Below are positions 20,443 to 30,691 of a DNA stretch of 64,000 nt, one piece after another; within the stretch, counting starts at the first letter, position 1; each line of letters starts with the position of its first letter. Origin of the DNA: a virus. The stretch is from positions 53,565-117,564 of IMG/VR virus record IMGVR_UViG_3300005573_000064; one strand, given 5' to 3'. The notes below the pieces were generated by a model. It was not told the DNA's origin. It did not search any database and saw only the letters and a program-made list of their open reading frames with translations. The position numbers and the translations under genes were made by a program.

Positions 20443-21237
20443 TTACGTAGGTATTCTAGCGGCTGATGCGTCATTCCAATATACGTTGGTGTTCGAGGAA
20501 TCCAGAATGCTGTCCAAAGGCACGACCGCTCTGGCTACGAACGTAAACGCGGCTTCGGGATTAAGATCGTCAAGCGTGTAACCCCAGCCTTCGTTTACAA
20601 GCTGAACGTACTGAATGGCCGTAAACGCGCACTGCCCCAGCTGGTTAACCATGGTGATGGTGACATCAAACGGAGGAACCTGGTCAGAGTATCTGAGCGT
20701 TCGAGAGGCCACAAGAGCGTACGTTTCAGCTAACTGCTGCTCTATGGCGCTCGCCAGGTCACTGCTGTTTGACAGGTCGAGACCCGGGTTGGGCTGCGAT
20801 GAGGTGCTGTTTCCAAACGCATTGGATAGGTTGGAAAGCGTCTGAGTCGCGGATGACTGTCCACTAATCAGCATGCTAGCGGGAACTTGAAATGTGGCGA
20901 GATCCCCTACGTGATTAACGTTGGTTGGCAATAGTCCCGACATTTTGAGAATAGCATGGCGATCAAACTGAGTAAACACCATGTTACCGGCAATTGCGCG
21001 CTTTCCCTGGACGAACGCAACCGGATTCGGATTTCCAAAGACGAAGATAGGCATCGTCTCTCTTGTAATTGATACTGTGATTCCCTGAAGGGAAGCCACT
21101 TTATTCGGCCCCATGTAGGCTATGATATCCGCTCCCGAAAAGGCGGAGTAAGTCATCTCACTTTCTTGCAGGGAAACTTGACCTTTCGGGCTTTGATTTA
21201 TAGCTGTATAGAGGCTCGACCCTAAGCTATTTGCCAT
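20443..21237 (-). CDS. Tail tube protein
   Basis: Immediately after the sheath. FSGADII..LQGITVSITRE..GKRAIAGNMVF..DQVPPFDVTI..FTFVAR. Confidence 0.75.
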   Translation of the reverse strand: MANSLGSSLYTAINQSPKGQVSLQESEMTYSAFSGADIIAYMGPNKVASLQGITVSITRETMPIFVFGNPNPVAFVQGKRAIAGNMVFTQFDRHAILKMSGLLPTNVNHVGDLATFQVPASMLISGQSSATQTLSNLSNAFGNSTSSQPNPGLDLSNSSDLASAIEQQLAETYALVASRTLRYSDQVPPFDVTITMVNQLGQCAFTAIQYVQLVNEGWGYTLDDLNPEAAFTFVARAVVPLDSILDSSNTNVYWNDASAARIPT

Positions 21238-21251
21238 GATGTCCTCCTTAA

Positions 21252-22949
21252 TTAGCTTGTAACGCTAACCACCACTTTGATATACTTGATTTGCAGGGCT
21301 GGCCGCAGGAATAGTGTGACAGTCACTTGACCCATTACCAGTTCCACGGGGTCGGACGAAATAGTGAACTTATACCCGTTACCGTCCCCTCCAATAAGAG
21401 CTCCCGCATTAACCAGAGTCCCAAGAGCGGTATTTATCTGCGTCTGCATGGCGGTTCTGGAGTCCACTCCATTCGGCTGTCCGATAAACGGCCGGCAGAC
21501 TGACTCAACCATGAACGTAGCGAGGTTACATATCCTCAAAACCTGGAGAGTGGCGTAATCCGAACTGCGTTGGGCGCAAGTGTTATCCGCAACCACTATG
21601 GGAGCTCCCAGGTAGTTGCTGTATCGGAAAGTTACATAAGCTGACCCGCCCGGTATGAACGGCTGCTGCTGATAACCCATTCCTTGATTAAGCTGTTCGT
21701 TGACGGATCTGGGATAGGCCCCATTAAGTCTTTTAATCGACCCGATAGCATGATTGGTTGTAGCCTGCTGGGCCGGCAGTGAGGTGATAAGCCCGGCATA
21801 AGCGGCCGCTCCGTTTTCCAGATAGAATCCCAAGTCCTTCTGAGAGAAGATAAGATCCGGTCCGGCAACCACAGACAGGTAGCGTCCGATATCCACCTGA
21901 GCTCCGGTGTCCGGGTCCGTTCCATAGAAGCCCTGAGCCATGAAATACCCAAAGTTTATCCATCTGGCGGTCTGAGAGTAGTAACCCGGATTAGGGTTAA
22001 GCAGATCATTGTTCGCGTAATTTGTGAGAGCGGGTGGAGCTGAAAGTCCCGTAGGTCTCAGCCCTATGACACCGTGAACCGGCTGTTGCTGGGTGGATAC
22101 GTTGTATAGGAAGTTGGCGAAGTCCCACGCCACGGACTGAGTTGTGGGGTTCGTATTGGAGACTTGATCATCGGCATATATGCCGGTCAGGACCGCAATA
22201 TCAAACGTAGCGTTTGATAGAACGCTGAATGTTCCATACGGTTGCGTAAGGAGATTGTAATATCCCGTCTCATTGCCCGAGAAGTCCTCGTTAGGCGCGC
22301 TAGTCCCGTTTGTTCCCTGGGTCGTACCGCTCAGGAATACGGTTCCCACTCCGATGCTTCCTATGGGGGACTGAAACATGGTTACGGGAATACTAAACAA
22401 GACCGTTGTATTTCTAGCGTCATTGTTCATAGTCGCTATGGCTTGCCCGGCAAAGGTCGTTGACGGAAAGGTCCAAGATACCGTGCCGTTTTTTGAGGCT
22501 GGCTGGTTTACCGTAAACGTATAACCTGTGGAGCCCGAGGACGATACGATGGTGACTGAGTTATACACTCTTCCCGGATACTTGGCGGTAATACTGACGT
22601 TTCCGCCTAGCACTCCAGTTGCGGATGCGGTGTTTCCTCCAACTCTCACTAACGCCAGATTACCGGCATTTCCAAGGATAGCCTCATAGGCGGCCTTGAC
22701 AAGAGTGTTGTCGGCATAATTGCCGTCCGCGACTCCGGTAAGAGGGTCTATATAGTCTCCGGTATAGGTAAGCGGACCAAATATGGCCTCGGCATCCGCC
22801 AGCGACTGGACATATATTGGAGTGTTTACCGGCCCGTCAAGGGCGTTTCCAATTATTAACAATTTTTCCGTAGTGGGGATAGTGACTGCCGGAGTCAGTC
22901 CCCCATCTCGATAAGCTACCACGAAGCCTGGTAATCTTTGATTAGCCAT
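21252..22949 (-). CDS. Contractile tail sheath protein
   Basis: LPG start, LIIGNALDGPVNTP..AEAIFG, C-terminal LQVLRI..FIGQPN..LRPALQIKYIKV; GGAGG RBS. Confidence 0.85.
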   Translation of the reverse strand: MANQRLPGFVVAYRDGGLTPAVTIPTTEKLLIIGNALDGPVNTPIYVQSLADAEAIFGPLTYTGDYIDPLTGVADGNYADNTLVKAAYEAILGNAGNLALVRVGGNTASATGVLGGNVSITAKYPGRVYNSVTIVSSSGSTGYTFTVNQPASKNGTVSWTFPSTTFAGQAIATMNNDARNTTVLFSIPVTMFQSPIGSIGVGTVFLSGTTQGTNGTSAPNEDFSGNETGYYNLLTQPYGTFSVLSNATFDIAVLTGIYADDQVSNTNPTTQSVAWDFANFLYNVSTQQQPVHGVIGLRPTGLSAPPALTNYANNDLLNPNPGYYSQTARWINFGYFMAQGFYGTDPDTGAQVDIGRYLSVVAGPDLIFSQKDLGFYLENGAAAYAGLITSLPAQQATTNHAIGSIKRLNGAYPRSVNEQLNQGMGYQQQPFIPGGSAYVTFRYSNYLGAPIVVADNTCAQRSSDYATLQVLRICNLATFMVESVCRPFIGQPNGVDSRTAMQTQINTALGTLVNAGALIGGDGNGYKFTISSDPVELVMGQVTVTLFLRPALQIKYIKVVVSVTS

Positions 22950-22970
22950 GTTCTTTTCCTCCATCCGAGA

Positions 22971-23900
22971 CTAGCTCGGAGTAGTTGACCCCTGGACGGA
23001 ATTTATCGGTAACGCGGGATTCATTATTCTGTAAAAGTAAGTTACGTAATAAGTCTGTCCAGGCATTGGGTGTAAGCCCTGAGGGAACCAGGTTATATTG
23101 GAGGTTCCCGTTGGTACGTCTACGGTCACGCAGAAATCGACTCCCTCCACGTATTGAACACCGGAGGATGAGTATGAGACGAAGGTTATTTGAGGGTTGG
23201 TGGTGGCCATCCATACGCTGGCGACCCAAGGATGTTGCAGGGTGTCAGTCGCGGTAAGTCCGCCTCTCACCACCGGCTCACTGTTAACAAGGTGGTAATA
23301 CATAACCCCTTGTTGAAGCTGTATGCTCTGAATGACAGGATTAGGTTTGATGAACTTTCTTTCCAGAATGCATCTGTATCTTAGCGTTCTTCTGTAAATT
23401 TCCTGAGAAGCCGCTCTCTCCAGCTCCGTGTCAGCCAGCTCCTCCTCGAATAGCCACTCGCTTACGCCAAACTTTTGAAGAAGAGGCGTTACGAAAAACA
23501 TCAGTTCATCAAACTCTTCGGTTAAACTATTAGTTGATTCGTTATCAATGTCATAGATGTCAAATTGGTAGAGTATCGTCATCCACTGAGCGTACTGCTC
23601 GGTGATTACTGTGGGGTCGCTTTCGGAAGTCGTTGAGCCCCTGTATCTAGGTTTCAAACTTTCCAGACCTTCCCTGCCCGCAACCCTCCTGTATATCTTC
23701 CAAACAATGGTGGGATGCTCCACATTCTCCCTGGGGTAGCTCTGCGAAAAGACCGCATCCTTGTAAGTCCACGAATTCTGAATAAGATCCCATATCAGCA
23801 GCGGCAGCTTGTACGGGGAAAGCGGGACGTACTGTTCCATATTTGAGAGATCGGGAACATTTCCGTCCGGTATGGGTATATTGTCTCCAAGGTTAGGCAT
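22971..23900 (-). CDS. Tail terminator/completion-like protein
   Basis: Position before the sheath; PTIVWKI..YQFDIY..EEFDELM..RTLRY. Confidence 0.5.
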   Translation of the reverse strand: MPNLGDNIPIPDGNVPDLSNMEQYVPLSPYKLPLLIWDLIQNSWTYKDAVFSQSYPRENVEHPTIVWKIYRRVAGREGLESLKPRYRGSTTSESDPTVITEQYAQWMTILYQFDIYDIDNESTNSLTEEFDELMFFVTPLLQKFGVSEWLFEEELADTELERAASQEIYRRTLRYRCILERKFIKPNPVIQSIQLQQGVMYYHLVNSEPVVRGGLTATDTLQHPWVASVWMATTNPQITFVSYSSSGVQYVEGVDFCVTVDVPTGTSNITWFPQGLHPMPGQTYYVTYFYRIMNPALPINSVQGSTTPS

Positions 23901-23901
23901 G

Positions 23902-25350
23902 TCACAGAGCCCTTGTAACCGCAAGATTTATCTGAATGTACTGAGTCTCACCATAGACCTGTACGAATATTACTATGTCCACCTCCTCGGTCCCAACGGA
24001 AACCGAGAAGTCATAGGAGCTTACATTGCCGAGACCCGCCAATGCGGAAGCCACCGCCTTGTATATCGAGTCCGGAGACATCGCGGGATTTCCAATCATC
24101 CGCTCCAAAGCGTTTTCAAGTCTGGCCGAGATGTCCATCTTGACCTTGGCCACCAATGGATTCTCCCCGTTAGTAGGAGAGCTTCTCCAAGGGGAGAGGC
24201 CGTTCAGTATGAAGTTGTTGAATACGCAACAACTTGCGCCCAGAGTGTCCACCTGCGTCTTGTTCCAGTAGGGGTACATGTCGACAAGATGCGTGGGCTT
24301 GTTGGTCGGAGCCGAGGAGTGAGAGTTCCACAGCGCTGCGAAAGTGTATGAGAGCGGTGTTTGATATCCGTTAACCGGTGTCCGACTTTCAACGCCCCAC
24401 CCCGGAACCAGGAACAGATGCTCGTCATTAAATCCCATCCCCTGCAACGCATTGAATATGTCCGAAGCCGGAGAGGTCATGAAGTAGGAAGGGATTCCGG
24501 CTATCAGTCTGCAGTTGGGAGCGACATCAAACGAATTGATATAAGACAAAGCCGAAGCCAGCGTTCCCGTGGCTGGATTACCCGCGATAAGAATGGTTCC
24601 TATGCTGTCAAGATCAAGCACCGAGAGGATGCTTGCGATAGTGGATTCGTTGATAACCCCGTTCGCCCCGCCAGTCGTATAATACGTGCCGACAGGTATT
24701 GACGGGTTTAAAACATTGCACGAAGCGGTGAGAGGATGCCTATTGACATACGCATCCGTGTTTATATTATTAACCAGAGTCGTTCCATATTGAGGAAGAG
24801 TGTAAGTAACTTCTCCGGATCCGTAGCTGTCCAAAGGATACCATATGGTCATGGATGTAGGGGCCACCGTTATCGCTATTCCATTATATTTTGAGCCGCT
24901 ATAGGGAGCCGTAAGAACAAGGTCCCCTATCGTAACCGAGGCCACCGACCCGGGCGCCCTGAGCAACGCGGCATTGGTGACACCATACGAGGAGAGTATG
25001 TTATAAGCCACCACTATATTGTCATCGTCAGGAACTCTTGCGTACTTGAACAGGTAGTTGCCGCTAACTCCCGGCTGTCCGAAAGTGAAATACGACCCGG
25101 AGGATTGGAGAGTGAAATTATATAGCGGGTTCTGGAAAAGATAGGTCTCCACCTGCTGATATACGCTTATCAGCTCTCCCCACACCGGAAACTCCGTAGC
25201 CCCGGAGGATTGCATAGGGGTTATCAGTTGCCACTCCCGGTGCCACCACCCGTAAATATTCTCGGCCTGATAAAGGCTGCGGGGAATCTGGAGGGTTCCA
25301 TCGGGACCGTCATCGGAAGACCCTAGTATGACAACAGGTAAAAAGCTCAA
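23902..25350 (-). CDS. Second, divergent sheath-like protein
   Basis: VILGSSDDGP..AENIYG, LTAPYSGSKYNGI and a sheath-like C-terminus (IGNP..VQVYGETQYIQI) parallel the sheath gene. Confidence 0.6.
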   Translation of the reverse strand: MSFLPVVILGSSDDGPDGTLQIPRSLYQAENIYGWWHREWQLITPMQSSGATEFPVWGELISVYQQVETYLFQNPLYNFTLQSSGSYFTFGQPGVSGNYLFKYARVPDDDNIVVAYNILSSYGVTNAALLRAPGSVASVTIGDLVLTAPYSGSKYNGIAITVAPTSMTIWYPLDSYGSGEVTYTLPQYGTTLVNNINTDAYVNRHPLTASCNVLNPSIPVGTYYTTGGANGVINESTIASILSVLDLDSIGTILIAGNPATGTLASALSYINSFDVAPNCRLIAGIPSYFMTSPASDIFNALQGMGFNDEHLFLVPGWGVESRTPVNGYQTPLSYTFAALWNSHSSAPTNKPTHLVDMYPYWNKTQVDTLGASCCVFNNFILNGLSPWRSSPTNGENPLVAKVKMDISARLENALERMIGNPAMSPDSIYKAVASALAGLGNVSSYDFSVSVGTEEVDIVIFVQVYGETQYIQINLAVTRAL

Positions 25351-25359
25351 TGTCCTCTC

Positions 25360-25947
25360 CTAAATCACTTTCTTAGGCGTCCACACGGATCCCAATTGAA
25401 GCATCCACTCCTCAAGATCCCCTATGGTGAAGTTGTACGTATCGCATCCGCACCCGAAGAACACTATCTCTCTGTCACTGAATCCTATGGCTTCGTCCAC
25501 TTGGTAGGCGTTTATAATCCTAATGGGTTTTCCGTACTGTTCTATGAGAGGCGGCTCCACATCCCATTCAACCTCCAGATACAGGTCCTTTGACTTAGGA
25601 TAGTAGTATCGGGGAGTGTATATTACGGTTCGAAACTTCGCCAGATATCCGAAAAGGTCCATGGGACTTTGAGCGGCTCCGGCCCCGATAACCCTTCGAA
25701 CCGCGTGCTTTTCATACTGAACCGAATAGCCCATTCCGAAACTCGTCTGGTCATCGGTATCGGGCGACCTTGTGGAAGGGTCATAGGACGTAGGGCTTGG
25801 AAATCTGGTGTCTCTTCTCACATACACAAGCCACATTGGATGGTCGGTTATGAAGGAGTTGAAGGACTCCCTGAGGGCGGTTGACGGGGACAGCTCGAAG
25901 GGGTTTGAAGTAATACCGCTTTCAAGATTGAATATGTCCTTACTCAT
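25360..25947 (-). CDS. Neck/head-closure-like protein
   Basis: Position between the capsid/adaptor and tail genes; aromatic-rich beta pattern. Confidence 0.45.
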   Translation of the reverse strand: MSKDIFNLESGITSNPFELSPSTALRESFNSFITDHPMWLVYVRRDTRFPSPTSYDPSTRSPDTDDQTSFGMGYSVQYEKHAVRRVIGAGAAQSPMDLFGYLAKFRTVIYTPRYYYPKSKDLYLEVEWDVEPPLIEQYGKPIRIINAYQVDEAIGFSDREIVFFGCGCDTYNFTIGDLEEWMLQLGSVWTPKKVI

Positions 25948-26479
25948 GAACTTTTCTCCTGAGTTTGACAGCGGTTCGCCACTTGCCTTTGACGGGCTTT
26001 CTCGATCCTATCGCCTCGGTCAACCATTCCGGTCTTTCAGTCTTGCACTTTACTTCTATGGTTCTCTTTATAAGGGGTATTATCACGCCATCCTTGTAGG
26101 AAAAAACGATATGCCTGTCGAGAGTCACCCTGACTCCGTTTTTCTCCCAGGCCGTGCGGTCGTAACTTGCGGTCAGCAAAGTCTCGACCTCCTTGAGTCT
26201 GGGATCTTCGGGGTCTATTTTCTCCCTGTGCTTTATGGTCTTGTCTCCGACTCTTTTCTTTGTTTCATACCACAGGGAGGGGTCCCCAACGTAGCGTCTG
26301 AGGCGAAACTTCGTATCTCCTCGTCCTTGACTCCACGTGCCGTTAGGATAGTCCAGATACTCCGTCCTTATCGAATAGGACTTGGGGGCGCCAAGATTCT
26401 TGTTAAGGGCCTTTTCCAGCTTATCCGTCTTTCCAAACCTGTATCTTATTTCCTGTCTTGAAAAGTTTTTGGCTATCAT
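25940..26479 (-). CDS. VTC-domain (CYTH/triphosphate tunnel metalloenzyme) protein
   Basis: Motifs in order: RQEIRY, YSIRTEYLD, KFRLRRY, YETKKR, YDRTAW, RVTLD, IEVK, PEWL. Confidence 0.75.
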   Translation of the reverse strand: MIAKNFSRQEIRYRFGKTDKLEKALNKNLGAPKSYSIRTEYLDYPNGTWSQGRGDTKFRLRRYVGDPSLWYETKKRVGDKTIKHREKIDPEDPRLKEVETLLTASYDRTAWEKNGVRVTLDRHIVFSYKDGVIIPLIKRTIEVKCKTERPEWLTEAIGSRKPVKGKWRTAVKLRRKVHE

Positions 26480-26534
26480 TACTTAAGTAATCCCCCTTTG
26501 ACATCTTCCCGGATCCGCAAGTTTTTATATGTCG

Positions 26535-28094
26535 TCAGAAGGAGTCCCTCCGCATTCCCTGCATCGAAAAGTCGGTTGAACGTTGCCATACCGGCCACTG
26601 CGAGGACTTTCTAGCGGTGCGAGGTCTGGCTCTATGCCTTGAGAACTCCGCAAGCCATGCCGTGGCCAGCTTCCTCTGGTTGGCTATCTCATCCGATAGC
26701 TGCTTTAGCAAATTGGAACTTTGACTTTCCTCGTAGTCCCCCAGTCTTTTTCTCTGGTCCACGGACTCCAGGAGTTCGTAATATCTGGTGGTAAGCACTC
26801 GAACAGCGGCTTCATGCTCGACCCACCGTTCCATCGCATACCCGACAATGAAAACCTGACCTCTGACCTGGGTCTCGGTTGGCCCCCCGATAAGAGGGTT
26901 GTAGTACAAAATCCAGTTTCTGTTTACATCAAGCGAAACTCTGTATATTTGAAAGTTCAGGATATCGTCCGGAACGTTTATAAGAAACTTGCCGAAGTTG
27001 GCCCTAAGAACATTCAGGCCCAGATACATCGGGCTGTATTTGGAAGTGAAGTACGCGCTCCAAGGTGCGACCAACTGATTTCCGTATATGTCGGCAAGGG
27101 GAGGATTCAGCCAAATAACGTAGCGACTGTTTGTAACTATGTTATCCGTAATATTTATGTATAACATAGTTCCGCTTGCAGTCACATTTATATTCGGATA
27201 CGTCCTTGAGGAGTCGGGCCATCCGTCCACCGACTCTCGCGTGACATACACCGTGGAGGAGTTAACAGTGTTTGGATCCACCGGGGAGCTGAACTGCAGC
27301 ATTATAGGCGGATAAGAGGATTGGTTGGACAGTCCGCTATTGGCGCCTATCCAACTGTTAATTTGGAACGGCACGGCTTGCGGATATGTCTGCTCGGTAC
27401 TTGGACTAGGCTGTAGGAATGTCCCATAGTACCAGACAAAAGGATCGGACCATTCTCCGACTCCGCTTCCAGCATCGGTGTAATACTCGCCCCTTACTCT
27501 CCAGAAGTAGTGCTGTCCGGGGTTTAGATAAACACCGGGCATCGCACTGGTGGCTGTCGTTAGCGTGGACCATCCGACACTGCTTACCGACTGAAACGCC
27601 ACGGTCCTGTCGAGCTCCACTCTGTACATCAGGGAGCCAGTCCCCCCGGTGGTGGACACTGATATCGCGGACCAGCTAAACGGGCCCACCGTGGAGGTGG
27701 ATGTGTAATTGGCAGGCTCCAGTAGCGTAACCTGCGGAATTTCACTCTGAGATACGACAAAAACAAATGACCTGTTAGCCGTTGCGGTACGGCCCTGACT
27801 GGATTGAATCGTGCTCAGTATCGTCACCTGATATGACGATCCAGGGTTTAAGGGTTCAACCGGAGTGAAGGTCAGCCAACGATTCTGATAGCTTATAAAA
27901 TGAACAGGTATGGTGCTATCGGTGCTTTCCTCCACCAGTATTATCTGCTGGTTCAGTTTTTCGTCCGAGTTTATAAGATCGACTAACAGGTCAATATTGA
28001 ACTGAACCGAAATTTGAGGCTGAGTTCCCACATATGGAGTTAGAATATTGGGCTCCATGTATATTGGAGCCGGAAAGAAATCAGTGAGCCTCAT
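26535..28094 (-). CDS. Virion protein with Ig-like/Fn3 domains and a C-terminal head-tail-adaptor-like region
   Basis: Big_5-like ISVQFN..LTFTPVEPLNPGSSYQVTI, Fn3-like YFWRVRG..GEWS, and KRLGDYEES; follows the major capsid gene. Confidence 0.65.
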   Translation of the reverse strand: MRLTDFFPAPIYMEPNILTPYVGTQPQISVQFNIDLLVDLINSDEKLNQQIILVEESTDSTIPVHFISYQNRWLTFTPVEPLNPGSSYQVTILSTIQSSQGRTATANRSFVFVVSQSEIPQVTLLEPANYTSTSTVGPFSWSAISVSTTGGTGSLMYRVELDRTVAFQSVSSVGWSTLTTATSAMPGVYLNPGQHYFWRVRGEYYTDAGSGVGEWSDPFVWYYGTFLQPSPSTEQTYPQAVPFQINSWIGANSGLSNQSSYPPIMLQFSSPVDPNTVNSSTVYVTRESVDGWPDSSRTYPNINVTASGTMLYINITDNIVTNSRYVIWLNPPLADIYGNQLVAPWSAYFTSKYSPMYLGLNVLRANFGKFLINVPDDILNFQIYRVSLDVNRNWILYYNPLIGGPTETQVRGQVFIVGYAMERWVEHEAAVRVLTTRYYELLESVDQRKRLGDYEESQSSNLLKQLSDEIANQRKLATAWLAEFSRHRARPRTARKSSQWPVWQRSTDFSMQGMRRDSF

Positions 28095-28180
28095 TCAAAT
28101 CCCCTTAAGGAGGGGTACGGTTTCCGCACCCCGCCATTTAATCTCGCCCTTCAGTCGAAAACGTTCTTAATTGATCTCAA

Positions 28181-29338
28181 TTAAGAAGGTGTGACTGTCA
28201 GGAAGCCTCCGGGAGGAGCCCAGTTCTGGTCTATACGAACATTATTGATGACCGCGATCGACCTGCCTCCGTTGATCGCATTAACCCCATAGCGCTCGCG
28301 CACTTTAAGATTAAGCAGATCTCTGCGCGGATCCTCGAACTGATCCGTCTCCATCGGGTCTCTCTGCAGAACGACTATTCCGTGATTTCTGTCCACGACA
28401 TATATGGAGGTCACGTTACAGGCTGCGAGCGAAGAGGCCGGTCCGTTGTTCAGAACAGTGTTGTAGCTGAACGGCACAAACGGGCTGACTTGGTACGCAA
28501 TTTGCCACGGCACGTTTACAGACTGATCAAAGGCCGGGAGGCTGCTCCAGACGGACTGTCCGATCTGGCCTTGCGTGAACATAACGTTGCGGAGAATCGG
28601 ATCCTTCGCGAACACCGCCCATGACAGAGGATGCATTATGATATCGGTGGGGACATACTCGTTCGCAACGAGCGCACCCATCGCATCGATAATATCATCA
28701 TAAGTCGCGGAATAGTTAAAGGATTGATTGTACGCCCGACCATGGGTCCACAGGGCTGGATTCGTGGTGTTGTTATCAAACACCTTGTGTCCCACCTGCT
28801 GGAAGGTGTTGAAGATCTTCTCCTCCTTGTGTCGGAGCATCGCGTATCCCGCACTCTCCAGGTAGAGAGCCACCAGATCCCACATGGAATCCTTGATAAG
28901 GTCTTCGCCAAGGGATACCATCAGACCGACTTTGTTCACCTTGATTTCAACCAGCTCCTCGGTGAAGGACGCCATCTGTTCTCGGTATTCCGAGGTATCG
29001 GCCATATCAAACGCTCTCATTGCGCCCATGGCCGGAAACTCGATGGAACGCACGTTATCAATTTGAATTGTACGACTGAGCAGCGTTTGCCCAATCATAA
29101 GCGGCTCTTTAGGTCTAATTAGAACATCCGATATAACTTTCGGGAAGAGAATGGAAAAGTCGGCCGCCCTCACAGCTTCCTCCATAGGAATGCGAGGACC
29201 CCTGTAGCTACCATCCGTTCTCAGCATGTTATTCAGGACCGCTATGTTATTCTCCATTTCCTGGGGATCGATACCGCCACGCTCCCTTGTCTTGGTAGCC
29301 ACATAGTCTCTTAGTATCTCTGAAAATTTTTGAGGCAT
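28181..29338 (-). CDS. Major capsid protein (HK97 fold)
   Basis: KVGLMVSLGEDLIKDSMWD, PTDIIMHPLSW, LKVRERYGV; strong RBS and canonical position. Confidence 0.88.
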   Translation of the reverse strand: MPQKFSEILRDYVATKTRERGGIDPQEMENNIAVLNNMLRTDGSYRGPRIPMEEAVRAADFSILFPKVISDVLIRPKEPLMIGQTLLSRTIQIDNVRSIEFPAMGAMRAFDMADTSEYREQMASFTEELVEIKVNKVGLMVSLGEDLIKDSMWDLVALYLESAGYAMLRHKEEKIFNTFQQVGHKVFDNNTTNPALWTHGRAYNQSFNYSATYDDIIDAMGALVANEYVPTDIIMHPLSWAVFAKDPILRNVMFTQGQIGQSVWSSLPAFDQSVNVPWQIAYQVSPFVPFSYNTVLNNGPASSLAACNVTSIYVVDRNHGIVVLQRDPMETDQFEDPRRDLLNLKVRERYGVNAINGGRSIAVINNVRIDQNWAPPGGFLTVTPS

Positions 29339-29386
29339 TGTTTTCTCCTTATGCCACTCGGAAACCGTACGTTTCCCTAAGCTGGC

Positions 29387-30643
29387 TTAATATATAATGC
29401 ATCTCAGGGAACCAATAACCCCTGCGATTTCCAAGTTGGCCGGTGTTCCTGGCACTCCGGAATACGTACCGTCAGTCAGTCCGATCACGCCAGGATTAAA
29501 GAGTCGACCGTCTCGGTAAGAGGTTTCAAAGCTGTAGCTTACGGTAACCGCGTTTACCACGACATTGTTAGAGAAGTACAGATCTCCCGTAACCGAGTTA
29601 ATCTGATAATACTGTCCCATGGTGTAATCCACCATAGGCATATCGGACGTGGACATGACAGTTCCGTTAAGTGGTGTCACGGACCCATCAGGATTGACCT
29701 GGGAACCGGTGACCGTAACGGTGATGTTAACCCATGGCGCGATAGGAACGTTGTTGAGACGATACCAGTTAACGCCCACCTGGGTTGGCACTTCGTTATT
29801 GATAGCCGTAGTTGGAACTCTCAGCAATTGCGGAGGATACTCCCACGCCAGGAAGTTATCGGTAACCCACTCCAACCATCCTGACAGGTGGTGTGCCGAG
29901 GAAATGGGCTCTATGCGAATCACCTCGCCCGCTATCTGGGCCGGCCCCTGTCCGAACGTGAACACGACAGTGTTCACCGCATTGGCGAAGGTTGCGGTCC
30001 AGCAATTCAGCGAGGTATTCCATGCAAGGCTCGCTCCGGTGGTGTACACCGTGCCGGCATTCATCGCGAAGATAATCTGCGGAGTGAACGCGGGATAGTT
30101 CGCTGACAGAAGATTCACTGTGGTTGAGGCCGTGCCGATATTCTGGCAATACACCTGCTTCTCAACCCACGCCACGATCTTGCCTTTGTCATTCGGGACG
30201 GGATTGGTGCTGGTGGCCGACCCGTAGTACGCGGTGATCTTTTGACCTGCGGCCAGGGTTCCGTACGCTCCGTTGATAGCCTGAACATAAGGAAGCTCGA
30301 TAAAGTCCTGTCTGTTCATGTTGGGCATCCACTGCTCCTTCTCCTGCCACTGTCTGAAGATATTGACCTCGGTGTAGCCTTGAGGATGATTGCTCACCCC
30401 ATCAGCTATGGTAAGAACGGCAAGCCCCGTGTACGAGGAGGTGTCCGGTCTTACGGCTATGATGCGCCCCCTGGGTATGACTATCTGGTCCGTGCTAGGA
30501 TACCTAGGGTCAGTGCCTAGTGGAATTAAGTTCGGATCGACCGTCCACTCCTCCGCAGGGGACAGCATCCCTGAGATTTTAACATCGGAGGTCCACTGCC
30601 GACCTTGGAAGCTTTCGGCTCCGCCTAAAACTGTATATGCCAT
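29387..30643 (-). CDS. Head decoration/minor capsid-like protein
   Basis: Lies between the protease-scaffold and major capsid genes; IVIPRGRIIA and beta-rich. Confidence 0.55.
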   Translation of the reverse strand: MAYTVLGGAESFQGRQWTSDVKISGMLSPAEEWTVDPNLIPLGTDPRYPSTDQIVIPRGRIIAVRPDTSSYTGLAVLTIADGVSNHPQGYTEVNIFRQWQEKEQWMPNMNRQDFIELPYVQAINGAYGTLAAGQKITAYYGSATSTNPVPNDKGKIVAWVEKQVYCQNIGTASTTVNLLSANYPAFTPQIIFAMNAGTVYTTGASLAWNTSLNCWTATFANAVNTVVFTFGQGPAQIAGEVIRIEPISSAHHLSGWLEWVTDNFLAWEYPPQLLRVPTTAINNEVPTQVGVNWYRLNNVPIAPWVNITVTVTGSQVNPDGSVTPLNGTVMSTSDMPMVDYTMGQYYQINSVTGDLYFSNNVVVNAVTVSYSFETSYRDGRLFNPGVIGLTDGTYSGVPGTPANLEIAGVIGSLRCIIY

Positions 30644-30691
30644 CTGATTTTCTCCTTGAGGCCTTATGCGAAGGCCATCATTACGTTGCCA

